Notes under the pieces: generated by a model
What the model saw: only the letters and a program-made list of their open reading frames with translations
The model's database searches: none
Told to the model about the DNA's origin: nothing
Source of the DNA: Candidatus Hydrogenedentota bacterium
Lineage (GTDB): Bacteria > Hydrogenedentota > Hydrogenedentia > Hydrogenedentales > SLHB01
Assembly: GCA_045863335.1 (NCBI GenBank)
Contig: BTVY01000043.1
Coordinates: 1 to 64,000, forward strand
Direction: 5' to 3'
Length of the DNA: 64,000 nt
Shown: positions 8,794-18,379 of the stretch, in pieces
Layout: every line of letters starts with the position of its first letter
Position numbering within the stretch: the first letter of the stretch is position 1
Position numbers and translations under genes: made by a program

Positions 8794-10701
8794 ATGAGTG
8801 CGCCAAGGATTCTATGCGTCCTATTCGTGGGTGCCGGATTTTGTGTCGTCAACGGGGATGAGCTTGCGTTAGGCGAATCGCCGTTCACCGTATTGATTGA
8901 TACGAGAGTTGAGTCCCCAATTCCGTTGACCCAGGAGTCCTTTGCGCAAAGAGGACGTTGGACCCTTGTGCCACCCGATACCACGGATTACGAGTTCGCC
9001 GGCGATGCGGTGCTGACCAACGATCGGCTGGCGGCCGTGGCTCGTAGGCAGGGGGTGGGGATTGAACTGTATGCGCTCGGCGGGAACGGACCTTCCCTGC
9101 GCGCCGTTCTCCTACCCGCCGGTGGCGATCCGCTCCGTTCGGTTCAGTCCGTGATGATCCGAAGGAACGCGGAGGATGGCGTTGAACTGGGCGTGGTTTG
9201 CAGCACGGACGGAGCGTCCGGCCTGAGCCTGGAACTTGCGATAGGCCAAATCCATGTCAAAACGCAGCCGCTCGGAACAACGAAAGGGGTCCGCGTGGAG
9301 GCGCCGTGCCGTTTTTCCGTTATGCCGGACTTCTTTGCCGACGATATCGTTCTTGATGCCCGCAGCATTCCGCTGGATCGCGTCGAACAGCCCAGCGAGA
9401 ATCTTTTCGTACAGATGGTGGCCGACGGGAATGCCATGGTCATGTCGGTGTGGGAGAACCGCGATCAGGATGTTACCGTGAATCTCTCCGGTGCGGCCGA
9501 CATGCGAACCCTGGATTCTGTCGAGATTGCCTACGGTTCCGGCGACGCGGTTTGGGTGGCCATCCTCAATGAGCCCGGAGTTTGGCACCAACGTGACGTG
9601 ACCGAGTCCGATTTGGGGGTTGAACTTCCGCTGGAGTGGCGTGCGCCGTACGAGGCCATCTGGCGAGTGGACTGGCATCGGACGGATGGTCTCACCGACA
9701 GTTGGGAGATGATTGTCGAGCAGGAAGACGGCTCCTTTACCAAGCCTGATTTGTTCGAAGAGATTCCGGAAGACTGGGCCGGGCAAGACTGGTGGAGTAG
9801 TAGCGGCCCCCGGGCACGATGGAATACCGCGCTGGGCCGGTACCTGTACCCGGCGTGGTTTGACAAGCAGGGCGCCGCTTACTTGCAGCCATTGAAACAG
9901 ATCTTCAATTGGTCCACCAGTGAGGAGGGAGAGTTTCATCCGCTTCCGAAGAACAGCTTGTGGGTCGGACCCGCGCTGATCTTTCCCGTGGACCGCACCG
10001 CGGCTACGCCCTTGGACCGGTTTTCCATTACCGACGTGGTGCGAAATACGCTAGGCGTGGGTCCGTGTCAGTATATCCTGGACGTGGAGGGGCAGAAGGC
10101 GCGGTTTCAAGGTAGGCCGACGTGCGACACGCGCGATTTGCTGAATGACATCTATGAGAACCGCAATTCGGTAGAGAGCGATGCGGAGTTCCGACGGGAG
10201 GAAGTGGTCCAGATAGTCGACGACGTGTTGACATTCATCCGGCTCATTCGCAGCCGTATTGAAGCGTACCGGCAGTTCGGACAGGAGATGGAAACGTATT
10301 TGGAACACCAGAAGCAATTGCATCCCGAGCTGGGCGCCTTCTTCGAATCCATGTCTGAAGCGAACCGTGGAATCGCTCATGCTATCGCCAATCGAGAAGA
10401 GGGGATTCAATCAATCGCGTACGCGGAAGGATTGGCCAGGAAGTTTCACGAGGACGTGCTGGATTACAATGGCCCGGATGCACTCGACCGATGCAAGGCG
10501 ATTACGGAAGGGTGGGTACACATGGGTGACAATCAGGATGAGCTGGTGGCGGAATGCCGGGTTGCGGTCAAGGTGCTCCGGCAGCGCGCCATCATGGCAT
10601 CGTTGACGGAACCCGCCGCAACGGACATCGCGCGCGAAATCCGGGAACGAACGCAGGCCGTCCTGCGCTCTCCGGTCAGCTACGAAGGCGCCCGTCATTA
10701 G
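8794..10701 (+). CDS. Hypothetical secreted protein
   Basis: Long ORF with hydrophobic N-terminus; beta-rich N-half, helical C-third; start could be 8740. Confidence 0.75.
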   Translation: MSAPRILCVLFVGAGFCVVNGDELALGESPFTVLIDTRVESPIPLTQESFAQRGRWTLVPPDTTDYEFAGDAVLTNDRLAAVARRQGVGIELYALGGNGPSLRAVLLPAGGDPLRSVQSVMIRRNAEDGVELGVVCSTDGASGLSLELAIGQIHVKTQPLGTTKGVRVEAPCRFSVMPDFFADDIVLDARSIPLDRVEQPSENLFVQMVADGNAMVMSVWENRDQDVTVNLSGAADMRTLDSVEIAYGSGDAVWVAILNEPGVWHQRDVTESDLGVELPLEWRAPYEAIWRVDWHRTDGLTDSWEMIVEQEDGSFTKPDLFEEIPEDWAGQDWWSSSGPRARWNTALGRYLYPAWFDKQGAAYLQPLKQIFNWSTSEEGEFHPLPKNSLWVGPALIFPVDRTAATPLDRFSITDVVRNTLGVGPCQYILDVEGQKARFQGRPTCDTRDLLNDIYENRNSVESDAEFRREEVVQIVDDVLTFIRLIRSRIEAYRQFGQEMETYLEHQKQLHPELGAFFESMSEANRGIAHAIANREEGIQSIAYAEGLARKFHEDVLDYNGPDALDRCKAITEGWVHMGDNQDELVAECRVAVKVLRQRAIMASLTEPAATDIAREIRERTQAVLRSPVSYEGARH

Positions 10702-10741
10702 GCGAGCGGCCGATGTGTAAAACACTTCTGAGGAGACTGAG

Positions 10742-12028
10742 ATGAAGAGGGACACCAGCCGCCGTCAATTTCTGCAACAGACCACCGCTGCGGGCGCCGC
10801 GGGTTTACTGGGCGGATGCGCTACCTCCGGGCGTGAACAACTCGCCGCCGCTGAGGTTGAGGCGCCGGCGCCGGTGCCCGCTCGCGAACGGCGCACGCTT
10901 GGCGCGAACGACCGGATTCAGGTCGCGTTCATCGGGATTGGCAAGCGCGGCGGGGCGATTCTCGACAGTACGCTGAAGCGCGATGATGTTGACGTCGTGG
11001 CCGTCGCCGACGTCTGCGACATGAATCGTGCGGCGGCACTCGCCAAGTGCCGGGCGAAGGTCGCCGACGCGCGCGAGTATGTCCAGTTCGAAGAGCTATT
11101 CGAGAAGGAACGGCTGGACGCCATCGTTACCGCGTCGCCGGACCACATTCACACGCCGGTGATCCTGACAGCCCTTGAGGCGCGCTGCGACGTATATTCC
11201 GAGAAGCCGATGACGCTCACCATGGACGAGGCCAAGGCGATTCGGGACAAGGCGCGTGCGACTGGGGCGGTGTTCCAGGTGGGGACGCAATTGCGCAGTA
11301 ACAACATGTATCAGGCGGCGCGCGCGGCCGTTCAATCCGGCGCTATCGGGACGCTGATGGCCGTTCAGGTGAATCGGAATGCATGGGGCGGCGGCACCTA
11401 CGAGATTCCTCCGGGTCTGACTGCCGAGAATACGCATTGGGATCTGTTTCTGCGCGAGACCAAACCGTACCCGTTCGACGCGGATCGCTTCATCAACTGG
11501 CGCAAGTATGTTGAGTACTCCAACGGCGCGGCGGGCGACCTTATGCTCCACCATCTGGACCTGTGCCATTTCATCACGGGGTGCGGCATGCCCGAACGGG
11601 TGATGTCCGTCGGGGGGCAGTATGCGAAGACAGAGACGAATCGTACCACGCCTGATACCATCAGCGTGTTGCTCGAGTATCCGGAGGGCTTCCAGTTCAA
11701 CTACATCACGGCCTACGTCAACGGGCACTACGGCTTGACCGAGCGGTACCTTGGCACGGACGGCACCATCGAGGTTCGCGATATGGGGACGATGTCGATC
11801 TATCGCGGCCGCGAGAAAAGCGAGCAAGAAGAGATTGTCGGTTCCGAGGGTATTCTGGATGGTCCTCATCTCGAAAATTTCTTCGCCGCCATGCGCACGC
11901 GCGGCGAAACGATCGCACCGATCGAGGCCGGATTCATGGGCGCAACCTGCGCGCACATGGCCGTGCTGTCCGAACAGTCCGGCGAAAGCGCGAAATGGGA
12001 CGCGGCCACGGAGACGATCGCGCTTTAG
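10742..12028 (+). CDS. Tat-exported Gfo/Idh/MocA oxidoreductase (possible lipoprotein)
   Basis: SRRQFL twin-Arg, LGGC lipobox-like, GIGKRG, PDHIH, EKP. Confidence 0.93.
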   Translation: MKRDTSRRQFLQQTTAAGAAGLLGGCATSGREQLAAAEVEAPAPVPARERRTLGANDRIQVAFIGIGKRGGAILDSTLKRDDVDVVAVADVCDMNRAAALAKCRAKVADAREYVQFEELFEKERLDAIVTASPDHIHTPVILTALEARCDVYSEKPMTLTMDEAKAIRDKARATGAVFQVGTQLRSNNMYQAARAAVQSGAIGTLMAVQVNRNAWGGGTYEIPPGLTAENTHWDLFLRETKPYPFDADRFINWRKYVEYSNGAAGDLMLHHLDLCHFITGCGMPERVMSVGGQYAKTETNRTTPDTISVLLEYPEGFQFNYITAYVNGHYGLTERYLGTDGTIEVRDMGTMSIYRGREKSEQEEIVGSEGILDGPHLENFFAAMRTRGETIAPIEAGFMGATCAHMAVLSEQSGESAKWDAATETIAL

Positions 12029-12064
12029 GGTGCGTCGCCCGGCGTGGACGCCAATTCGGATGCG

Positions 12065-13132
12065 TCACTCCAGTGGCTTGCTGGTGAGCAATCCGATCCC
12101 ACGGCCCTTGTCACCGACGGCGCAGTAGTACATGTAGAAGGTATCGTTCGCCTCGTTGTAGACGAGGGAAATCTTGTGGGCGTACTTCGCGTCGAGGCCC
12201 GTCGGATGTCCGCCCGCCTTGTACAGGGGTTCCTCGTCCTTCGTCCAACGCAGCAGGTCGCGCGAGTAGGCCGCCATGATGTGGGCGCCGCCCTGGCCAA
12301 CACCGAAGTAAATCATGACCCAGTGATCGCCGTCGCGGAACACTTTTCCGTCGGAGCAGAATTGTTCGTCGTACGATCCGGGACCGCCATTGCGGACGAT
12401 GGGGTTCCCCTCGTACCGCTCCCAATGCACGAGGTCGGTCGAAGTCGCGACGCCCAACTGTTCGATGGGGCCGTTGGCGGCGTTGTAGAAATCCCAGAAC
12501 TTCCCTTCGTGCTCGACGAGCCAGGGCTGGTAGATGCAGTCCTTCTCCCATTCTGCCGCGCCTTCAATGGAGAGGATCGGCGTGTCTTCGGAATGGCGGT
12601 GCCAGGTCTTGCCGTCTTCGCTCCAGGCGAGCCCTTCCGCGCCGGGCCGCAGTTCGTAGCCGCCGCGGCGCGGGTAGCATCCGTACAATACCCAGTACTT
12701 GCCGTTCCAGCGCTTGGGCACGCGCGGCGCCTTGAGGTCGTAGCTTTCCATGAGCAGTCCGCCGAACGTGACGCCGCCGTGGTCGTAAGCGCCTTCCTCG
12801 CCGTAGCCCATGACGAGGCCCTGCGGTTCCCAATGGACAAGATCCTTGCTCGTTGCCAGGGCGGTTTGATAGCCCGTGCCATCGAATCCCGTGTACCACA
12901 TCTGCCAGGTGTCGCCCAGCTTCCATACGAGCGGACAATCGGTCATCTGAAAACCGAGTCCATCCTCCGGACTTGGCGGCAATACGTGGTCGGGGTAGTA
13001 GTGCCAGCCGCGGAACTGGTCTGACCATTCTTTCACTTTGTGTGTGGCTATCGCCGGTGGATCCAGTGCGAGGGACGGTACGCACCACGCCAGGATCAGT
13101 ATTGGTGTCGTCAGTAGTTTTTGAATGCTCAT
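12065..13132 (-). CDS. Five-bladed beta-propeller glycosidase-like protein (GH43/32/130-like fold), secreted
   Basis: Signal peptide; repeated ATSxDLxHW / WSEDGKTW / YSRDLLRW boxes. Confidence 0.8.
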   Translation of the reverse strand: MSIQKLLTTPILILAWCVPSLALDPPAIATHKVKEWSDQFRGWHYYPDHVLPPSPEDGLGFQMTDCPLVWKLGDTWQMWYTGFDGTGYQTALATSKDLVHWEPQGLVMGYGEEGAYDHGGVTFGGLLMESYDLKAPRVPKRWNGKYWVLYGCYPRRGGYELRPGAEGLAWSEDGKTWHRHSEDTPILSIEGAAEWEKDCIYQPWLVEHEGKFWDFYNAANGPIEQLGVATSTDLVHWERYEGNPIVRNGGPGSYDEQFCSDGKVFRDGDHWVMIYFGVGQGGAHIMAAYSRDLLRWTKDEEPLYKAGGHPTGLDAKYAHKISLVYNEANDTFYMYYCAVGDKGRGIGLLTSKPLE

Positions 13133-13240
13133 GCTCTTCTCATACTTTCCTCGCAGTGTCTAAATAGCCGGTACTGATACTCAACTCAAGCATCGCGAGT
13201 TAATCCGATAGCCGCAACCGTGGTTGGAGCGACAACTCTG

Positions 13241-13336
13241 CCGCCCCTCCGGGGCTTCGCGAATACGGAGAATCTGCCAACCCAACGTTCCGCTTCGCTC
13301 CACGTTGGGCTACAATCTCTCGCCCCCTCCGGGGCG
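13241..13336. repeat. Three-hairpin REP-like element, copy 1
   Basis: GCCCC-loop-GGGGC outer hairpins flanking CCCAACG..CGTTGGG central stem. Confidence 0.8.
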
Positions 13337-13564
13337 GAGAGGCGCGGCGTATCCGGTACATGAAGTCGACCGGTTCGACGATGCCCTGACTTAGTTTAGA
13401 CAATGCGTTTCCGGTGTTTGCTGACTTCCTTTCCGCAAGATATCCGAGAATCACTACCGGCCATTTGGCCCGAGTACTTTCAAGAGCATAGCATCGATGG
13501 GGCTGATGTGCGTACCATTGACGAGGTCCGTGGGCCGGCAACGGCGCAAATTCGAGGAGCAGGT

Positions 13565-14503
13565 ATGTCCAGAACGATTTGTTATCTTGCCGCCGTGCTG
13601 CTGTGCGGGGCCGTCCCGGCTCAAGAGCCGGAGACTTTGCGCGCGATCACTTACAACGTGCAGTTCCTCCCGGGGTCGGCCGGGAATCAGAACGAACGGC
13701 CGGACCCTGAGTACCGGGCGCGGCGTATCGCGGAGGAAGTGGCGGCGTTCGACATCGTCGCGTTGCAGGAGACCTTCGACAGGGACCATCGCCAGATTAT
13801 TCTGGATACGCTTCGGGAGCAATGGGGCGGCGAACTCAATACGGTGATCAGTCCGCAGCCGGATGGGTTCTTCACGAACGGCGGTTGCCTGATCGCCACG
13901 CGGCTGCCGATCGTGGAATCCGACGCGGTCGTGTACAAGACCTTCAGCAGCCCCGCGGACTACGGTTTTCGCGCGGACGGGTTTGCGGCGAAGGGAGTCA
14001 TCTTTGCGCGGATTGCGCGAAGCGCCGATCGTATGGGAGATACGATCGACGTGTTCGTCACGCACATGGAAGCGCGTGCCGACGATCTTCGGCCCGCGCA
14101 GTACAAGGAGATGGCGGCGTTCATCCAGGCGAAGAGCGATCCCGCACGGCCCATGATCCTGATGGGCGACCTCAACACGCGGGGCGGCGTGGAGTTTCGC
14201 AACGATCCGGAATCGCAGTACAGCCTGCTGATGGGGGCCCTGCAGGAGGCGCGGCCGGCGGATGTGATCGATGTTTGGCCCGCGCTCATGGGCGACGCCC
14301 TCGGGGGAACCACGGAGCAGGACAGCATCGAGACCGGCAAACGCATCGACTACATTATCATCGGCAATCCCGGCGAAGGCGGGAGAGCTTTGAAGCCGGT
14401 GTCTGTGCAGGTCAACCTGTATCAGGATGAGAACGTCGTGGCCCTTTCTGACCACAACGCGGTGGAAGCCCGTTTCGAGTGGAGCGATTCGTCGACGCCC
14501 TAG
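13565..14503 (+). CDS. Endonuclease/exonuclease/phosphatase family protein (sphingomyelinase-like), secreted
   Basis: TYNV, LQE, TH, GDLN, RIDY, SDH motifs; GAGGAG RBS; signal peptide. Confidence 0.9.
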   Translation: MSRTICYLAAVLLCGAVPAQEPETLRAITYNVQFLPGSAGNQNERPDPEYRARRIAEEVAAFDIVALQETFDRDHRQIILDTLREQWGGELNTVISPQPDGFFTNGGCLIATRLPIVESDAVVYKTFSSPADYGFRADGFAAKGVIFARIARSADRMGDTIDVFVTHMEARADDLRPAQYKEMAAFIQAKSDPARPMILMGDLNTRGGVEFRNDPESQYSLLMGALQEARPADVIDVWPALMGDALGGTTEQDSIETGKRIDYIIIGNPGEGGRALKPVSVQVNLYQDENVVALSDHNAVEARFEWSDSSTP

Positions 14504-14522
14504 GCTGAGGTGTGGGTTCTGT

Positions 14523-14624
14523 CGCCCCCGTTCGGGGGCTGTGCGATGGGGATGACATCGTGACCCAGGGTTTCGCTCGTGCCTCGCTCCACCCTGGGCT
14601 ACAACCCTCCGCCCCTCCGGGGCT
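14523..14624. repeat. Three-hairpin REP-like element, copy 2
   Basis: Central CCCAGGG-TTTCGCTCGTGCCTCGCTCCA-CCCTGGG with GCCCC/GGGGC outer hairpins. Confidence 0.85.
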
Positions 14625-14961
14625 AATACGGCGAACCATTTGAGACCGTTCTGGGCTGCCCGCGTCACGCGTAGGGGGCTCGTGGGGTGAACGATTTGAG
14701 GCCGTTCTGGGTTGCGCCGCGGCATCCGGCCGAGTCTAGGTTGGGCCCCCGTTCTCGTGTAAGGGATGCCATTCATGTTCGGTTACATCGTTTAGGGCGT
14801 TTAAGGTAGTGAATTCGAAAATCGTTCGATAATCCGTACCGCTTCCTGCGGTAGCATCCCCCTAAACCCCTTTAAGAGAGGTGCAATTCTGAAAATGCTG
14901 GTCGGGTACTCCACAAGCGACCGTAGAATCACTGGAGTCCGGCTTAATCCCATTTGCGTTA

Positions 14962-15172
14962 TGGGTCGGGCTTACAGCCCTATGAATGAGAATCTCCATT
15001 TTCCTGGGCCTTCGGCCCAGGCTGGTATCGGTCGGGCCGTGGGCCCTTCAGAGAACGTACTTCGTGACAGGAACAATTCGATCCCTGCGCCAACGGCGCG
15101 CCCGATACCAGCATGGGGCAACGCCCCATGAATACACGCATCGATAAACAAGGAGGACTGAAGGTCCGATCC
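14962..15172. repeat. Inverted pair of a second multi-hairpin REP-like element
   Basis: CCTGGGCCTTCGGCCCAGG-CTGGTATCGG is mirrored by CCGATACCAG-CATGGGGCAACGCCCCATG. Confidence 0.7.
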
Positions 15173-15392
15173 ATTTCAGTTCGAAGGGGAACTACGGGGT
15201 GCCCTGATTCCATATCTATTCTGAGCGGTATGACTCTCTCCTCGGCGGAGCCAGGGTTGGATCTCGAAGCTGGACGCCCTTTACTTACAACCCTTCGTGC
15301 GATAACAATTGCCGCATGGTCGCGAATCGTTTTACAGAATTGCCGTCTATCCGTTGTGATATGCCCGGGAGCCGGGAGGGGAATCCGATCGC

Positions 15393-16889
15393 GTGAGCGA
15401 CGTCGAAACGTATGAAGGGCGGTCAATTCGGACGTCGTGGGCTCAGGGGTTCTCGATCGCCGCCCTTGCGGTAATCGCGGTCATCGGGTTTGGTCTGCGC
15501 ATTCATCGTCTTGGCGACGAATGCATCTGGCTGGACGAGGTGGTGAGTTATCCGTATCTCGACCTGCCGACGCTTGGCGCGTACCTGGAAGAAGTGCGTT
15601 CGCACGATCCGCCCATGTCGCCGTTGTACTTCACGATTCAGTACTACTGGGCGCGCGTCGTGGGCGATTCCGTGATCGCGGTGCGTTTGCTTTCGATTGT
15701 TTTTGGGCTTGCGTCTATCGTTCTGGTCTATGTCCTCGGCGTGGTGCTGTACAACCGCGGCGCCGGGCTAATCGCCGCGCTGTGCACGGCCATGGCCATC
15801 CCGCACGTGTACTACGCGCAGGAAATTCGCGTGTATGCCCTGCTGCAGTGCCTCGCGCTCGGGTCCATGCTCACCCTGGTCTTGGCCTTGCGCCGGGGAG
15901 GACGGCGCTGGTGGATCGCCCATGCCGTCTGCAACGCGTTAATCCTCACCACGCACCTCTTTGGCGTATTGCTTATCGCCGCTCAGGGGTTTTACCTGAT
16001 CGCGGTGCACGGCAGGCACTGGCGGATGTGGCTGGGCTGGGGATGCGCGCACGTGATGATGTTGGCGCCCTTCTTGGTGCGCGTGAACCGGTTGCGGGGC
16101 GACGCGCTCGACCAGGCCATCTCCTTCATTCCGGAGCCGTCCTTGCGTTGGTTGCTGAATACGTACTGCGTCTACTACCCCGGCGTGGAAGCCTGGGGGA
16201 GACGGCTTCACGCGGTCGGGCCGGTGGTTGGCGTGGTTGCGGTGTTGGCGGTGACGGGCATGGCGGCAATCTGGTTTGACCGCCGGAGCCCCGAGAAGTC
16301 CTTCCAAGAGAGGGACACCTTTCTCCTGCTCGCGCTATGGTTCTTGCTGCCGCCATTGCTGTTGTTCATGTTGTCGTACGCGGTGACGCCGAGCTTTGTG
16401 GAGCGCTACACCTTGTACTCGTCCTTCGCGCTGTATCTGATGGCGGGCGGTGCGCTCGCGTTGCCAGGCCGATCCTGGTGGACGGGTCTGGTGCTGGTGG
16501 GTATCGGCTGCGGGTATGCGTGGGCGTGGAACGACGTGGATCGGCCATTCCGGCTCAACTATCGCAAGGCAGCGATTGTGCTCGAGGGCACGTCGCGTCC
16601 GGACGAACTTATCGTGGGCTGGAAGGAAGTGCGGGCGTCGCTGTTGAACCCGCACATGGGCATACCCGTGGACGAGCGGTTTCGTCACGGCGAGACTATC
16701 AAGGAGGTCCTTGGGGTGCTGGAAGGGGCAACCGCTGAAGGACGGTCTGTCTGGGCGGTCGTTTACGACGGCCCCGGCGGCGACCCGCGCCGGGAGCTGG
16801 AGTCCGCCTTACGCAACCGGCAGATTCGCTATCACCGGACCGATATTGGCGGGTTGCGGCAACTCTACATTTACCACGTGATGCGCTGA
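15393..16889 (+). CDS. GT-C fold glycosyltransferase (GT39/PMT_2/ArnT-like)
   Basis: IWLDE after first TM, HDPPMSPLYF, VRLLS, YAQEIRVY; about 11 TM segments. Confidence 0.88.
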   Translation: MSDVETYEGRSIRTSWAQGFSIAALAVIAVIGFGLRIHRLGDECIWLDEVVSYPYLDLPTLGAYLEEVRSHDPPMSPLYFTIQYYWARVVGDSVIAVRLLSIVFGLASIVLVYVLGVVLYNRGAGLIAALCTAMAIPHVYYAQEIRVYALLQCLALGSMLTLVLALRRGGRRWWIAHAVCNALILTTHLFGVLLIAAQGFYLIAVHGRHWRMWLGWGCAHVMMLAPFLVRVNRLRGDALDQAISFIPEPSLRWLLNTYCVYYPGVEAWGRRLHAVGPVVGVVAVLAVTGMAAIWFDRRSPEKSFQERDTFLLLALWFLLPPLLLFMLSYAVTPSFVERYTLYSSFALYLMAGGALALPGRSWWTGLVLVGIGCGYAWAWNDVDRPFRLNYRKAAIVLEGTSRPDELIVGWKEVRASLLNPHMGIPVDERFRHGETIKEVLGVLEGATAEGRSVWAVVYDGPGGDPRRELESALRNRQIRYHRTDIGGLRQLYIYHVMR

Positions 16890-16965
16890 ATCGCGACGCC
16901 GGCGTGGTCGCAGGGGAAGAGCCGCGGCGGTTTTATCGAGATGAAGTTGGACCCCAAATAAGGAA

Positions 16966-16999
16966 GGAGGGAGAAGGTGCTCGGATACCTTCTCCCTCC
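16966..16999 (-). terminator. Intrinsic terminator between convergent genes
   Basis: Perfect 13-bp stem GGAGGGAGAAGGT/ACCTTCTCCCTCC followed on the minus strand by TTCCTTATTT. Confidence 0.75.
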
Positions 17000-17032
17000 G
17001 AAGTGATCGACCTCGGCTTTTATGAGTGCGTG

Positions 17033-17842
17033 CTACTTCTTGCTGGAACGCGTTGCACGCCGCAAGAACAGCCCGGCAAGTCCAAGGCCCATCAATGATA
17101 GCGTTGTCGGCTCGGGGACGATGGTCTGGTTGCCCTGCAACACGGCCCATTCCTCGAATCCGTCGGAGTTCGCGAAATTGCCGTTGAATCCCGCCGGATC
17201 ATCACCGGCGCCGCCGAAGTGGGAGTACAGGGTGATCACGTCCGTGCTCTGGTACGCGGCGAACAGAGAATCGGGGATGTACATGAACATGTCGCCGCTG
17301 CCGCTACCGGTATTAAGGGCGTAGTTCAAAGCCACCCAGTTGTCCCCGCCGGAATCCATGTGGTAGACGAGCGTACCGTCGTGATCGAGGACGCCGCCGG
17401 TCAAGGTTTCGACACTGCTGTTCGCCGTGCCGCCGACGAAGATCTGGACATCATCCAGAGACAGATACTGATCGAGAGAGGCATTGTTGTTCTCGTTGAT
17501 GTCCAGCAAGAACTGGCGGTAGAACACGCCGTTCAGTTCAACGACGGGAATATCACCGAGAGTAATCGAATGGTTGAAATTGTCTGGGGCACCATTGTCG
17601 AACGTATTGTTCGTCGTGGTGTTGTACCCCTGTACCTCACTTTGGTTGGCCGCGCCGATCTGGGCGAAGGAGTCGATAACTCCCGTGCCCGTGGACTGCG
17701 GGTCGATCTGTTGGAATACCGCACCATTGATAGTGCCGCTGGAATTAGCTGTTGTCAGGTCGACAACCGCGGCAGTTGCCGCGCCTGTACCGACTGCCAA
17801 CAGCGCGACTAGCGCCAAGTATTTCATCTTCCCCGTCTTCAC
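17033..17842 (-). CDS. PEP-CTERM sorting domain protein
   Basis: Signal peptide; C-terminal VPEP-TM-RRATRSSKK; AAGGAG RBS before GTG 17842 (alternative ATG 17827). Confidence 0.93.
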   Translation of the reverse strand: MKTGKMKYLALVALLAVGTGAATAAVVDLTTANSSGTINGAVFQQIDPQSTGTGVIDSFAQIGAANQSEVQGYNTTTNNTFDNGAPDNFNHSITLGDIPVVELNGVFYRQFLLDINENNNASLDQYLSLDDVQIFVGGTANSSVETLTGGVLDHDGTLVYHMDSGGDNWVALNYALNTGSGSGDMFMYIPDSLFAAYQSTDVITLYSHFGGAGDDPAGFNGNFANSDGFEEWAVLQGNQTIVPEPTTLSLMGLGLAGLFLRRATRSSKK

Positions 17843-17949
17843 TGTGCTCTCTCCTTGTGAGTTTGCCACCAACCAGCGTGGAAAACCGTCTACCGTTCTT
17901 CCCAAGTCTTCTGCAACCAGTTCGCACCCAATTACGCTGCACCACAATA

Positions 17950-17965
17950 AGCAATATGCGTGCCA
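17950..17965 (-). promoter_or_regulatory. sigma54 (-24/-12) promoter
   Basis: TGGCACGCATATTGCT matches TGGCACG-N4-TTGCW, upstream of the PEP-CTERM gene. Confidence 0.85.
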
Positions 17966-18379
17966 TCAGCTGGAATCTAGATAAATTGTTGACTAACTGG
18001 GTTAAGGCGTGATTCACATCTGTCTGGACGACACTGATGTGTTGTTGAGCATAAGCTAGTTATTTTTAGAGATATAAAGTGGATATTCCGGGGTGACAAC
18101 AGGTAGGGCGGCGACTAGCGGATAGCGAAAATGCTAATTATGACGCGGTGGCAGTTTGGTTTGAACTGAGTTCAAAAAGTGTGTTTATTGTGCACTTATG
18201 AATAAGATATGTTCTTATTTGAATTATCTATGCTCTGGTAATTGCGATGCTTGGGTGACGGTTACCAGCCAGGCTCCCCCGCGCCGAATGCGATGCCAGA
18301 AGGCGAGGGAGCATTATTGTACAAGGGAAGCGCGATTGTTTGCTGAATCGCTTATTGCGCACGGTGGTTCGGGAATCGT

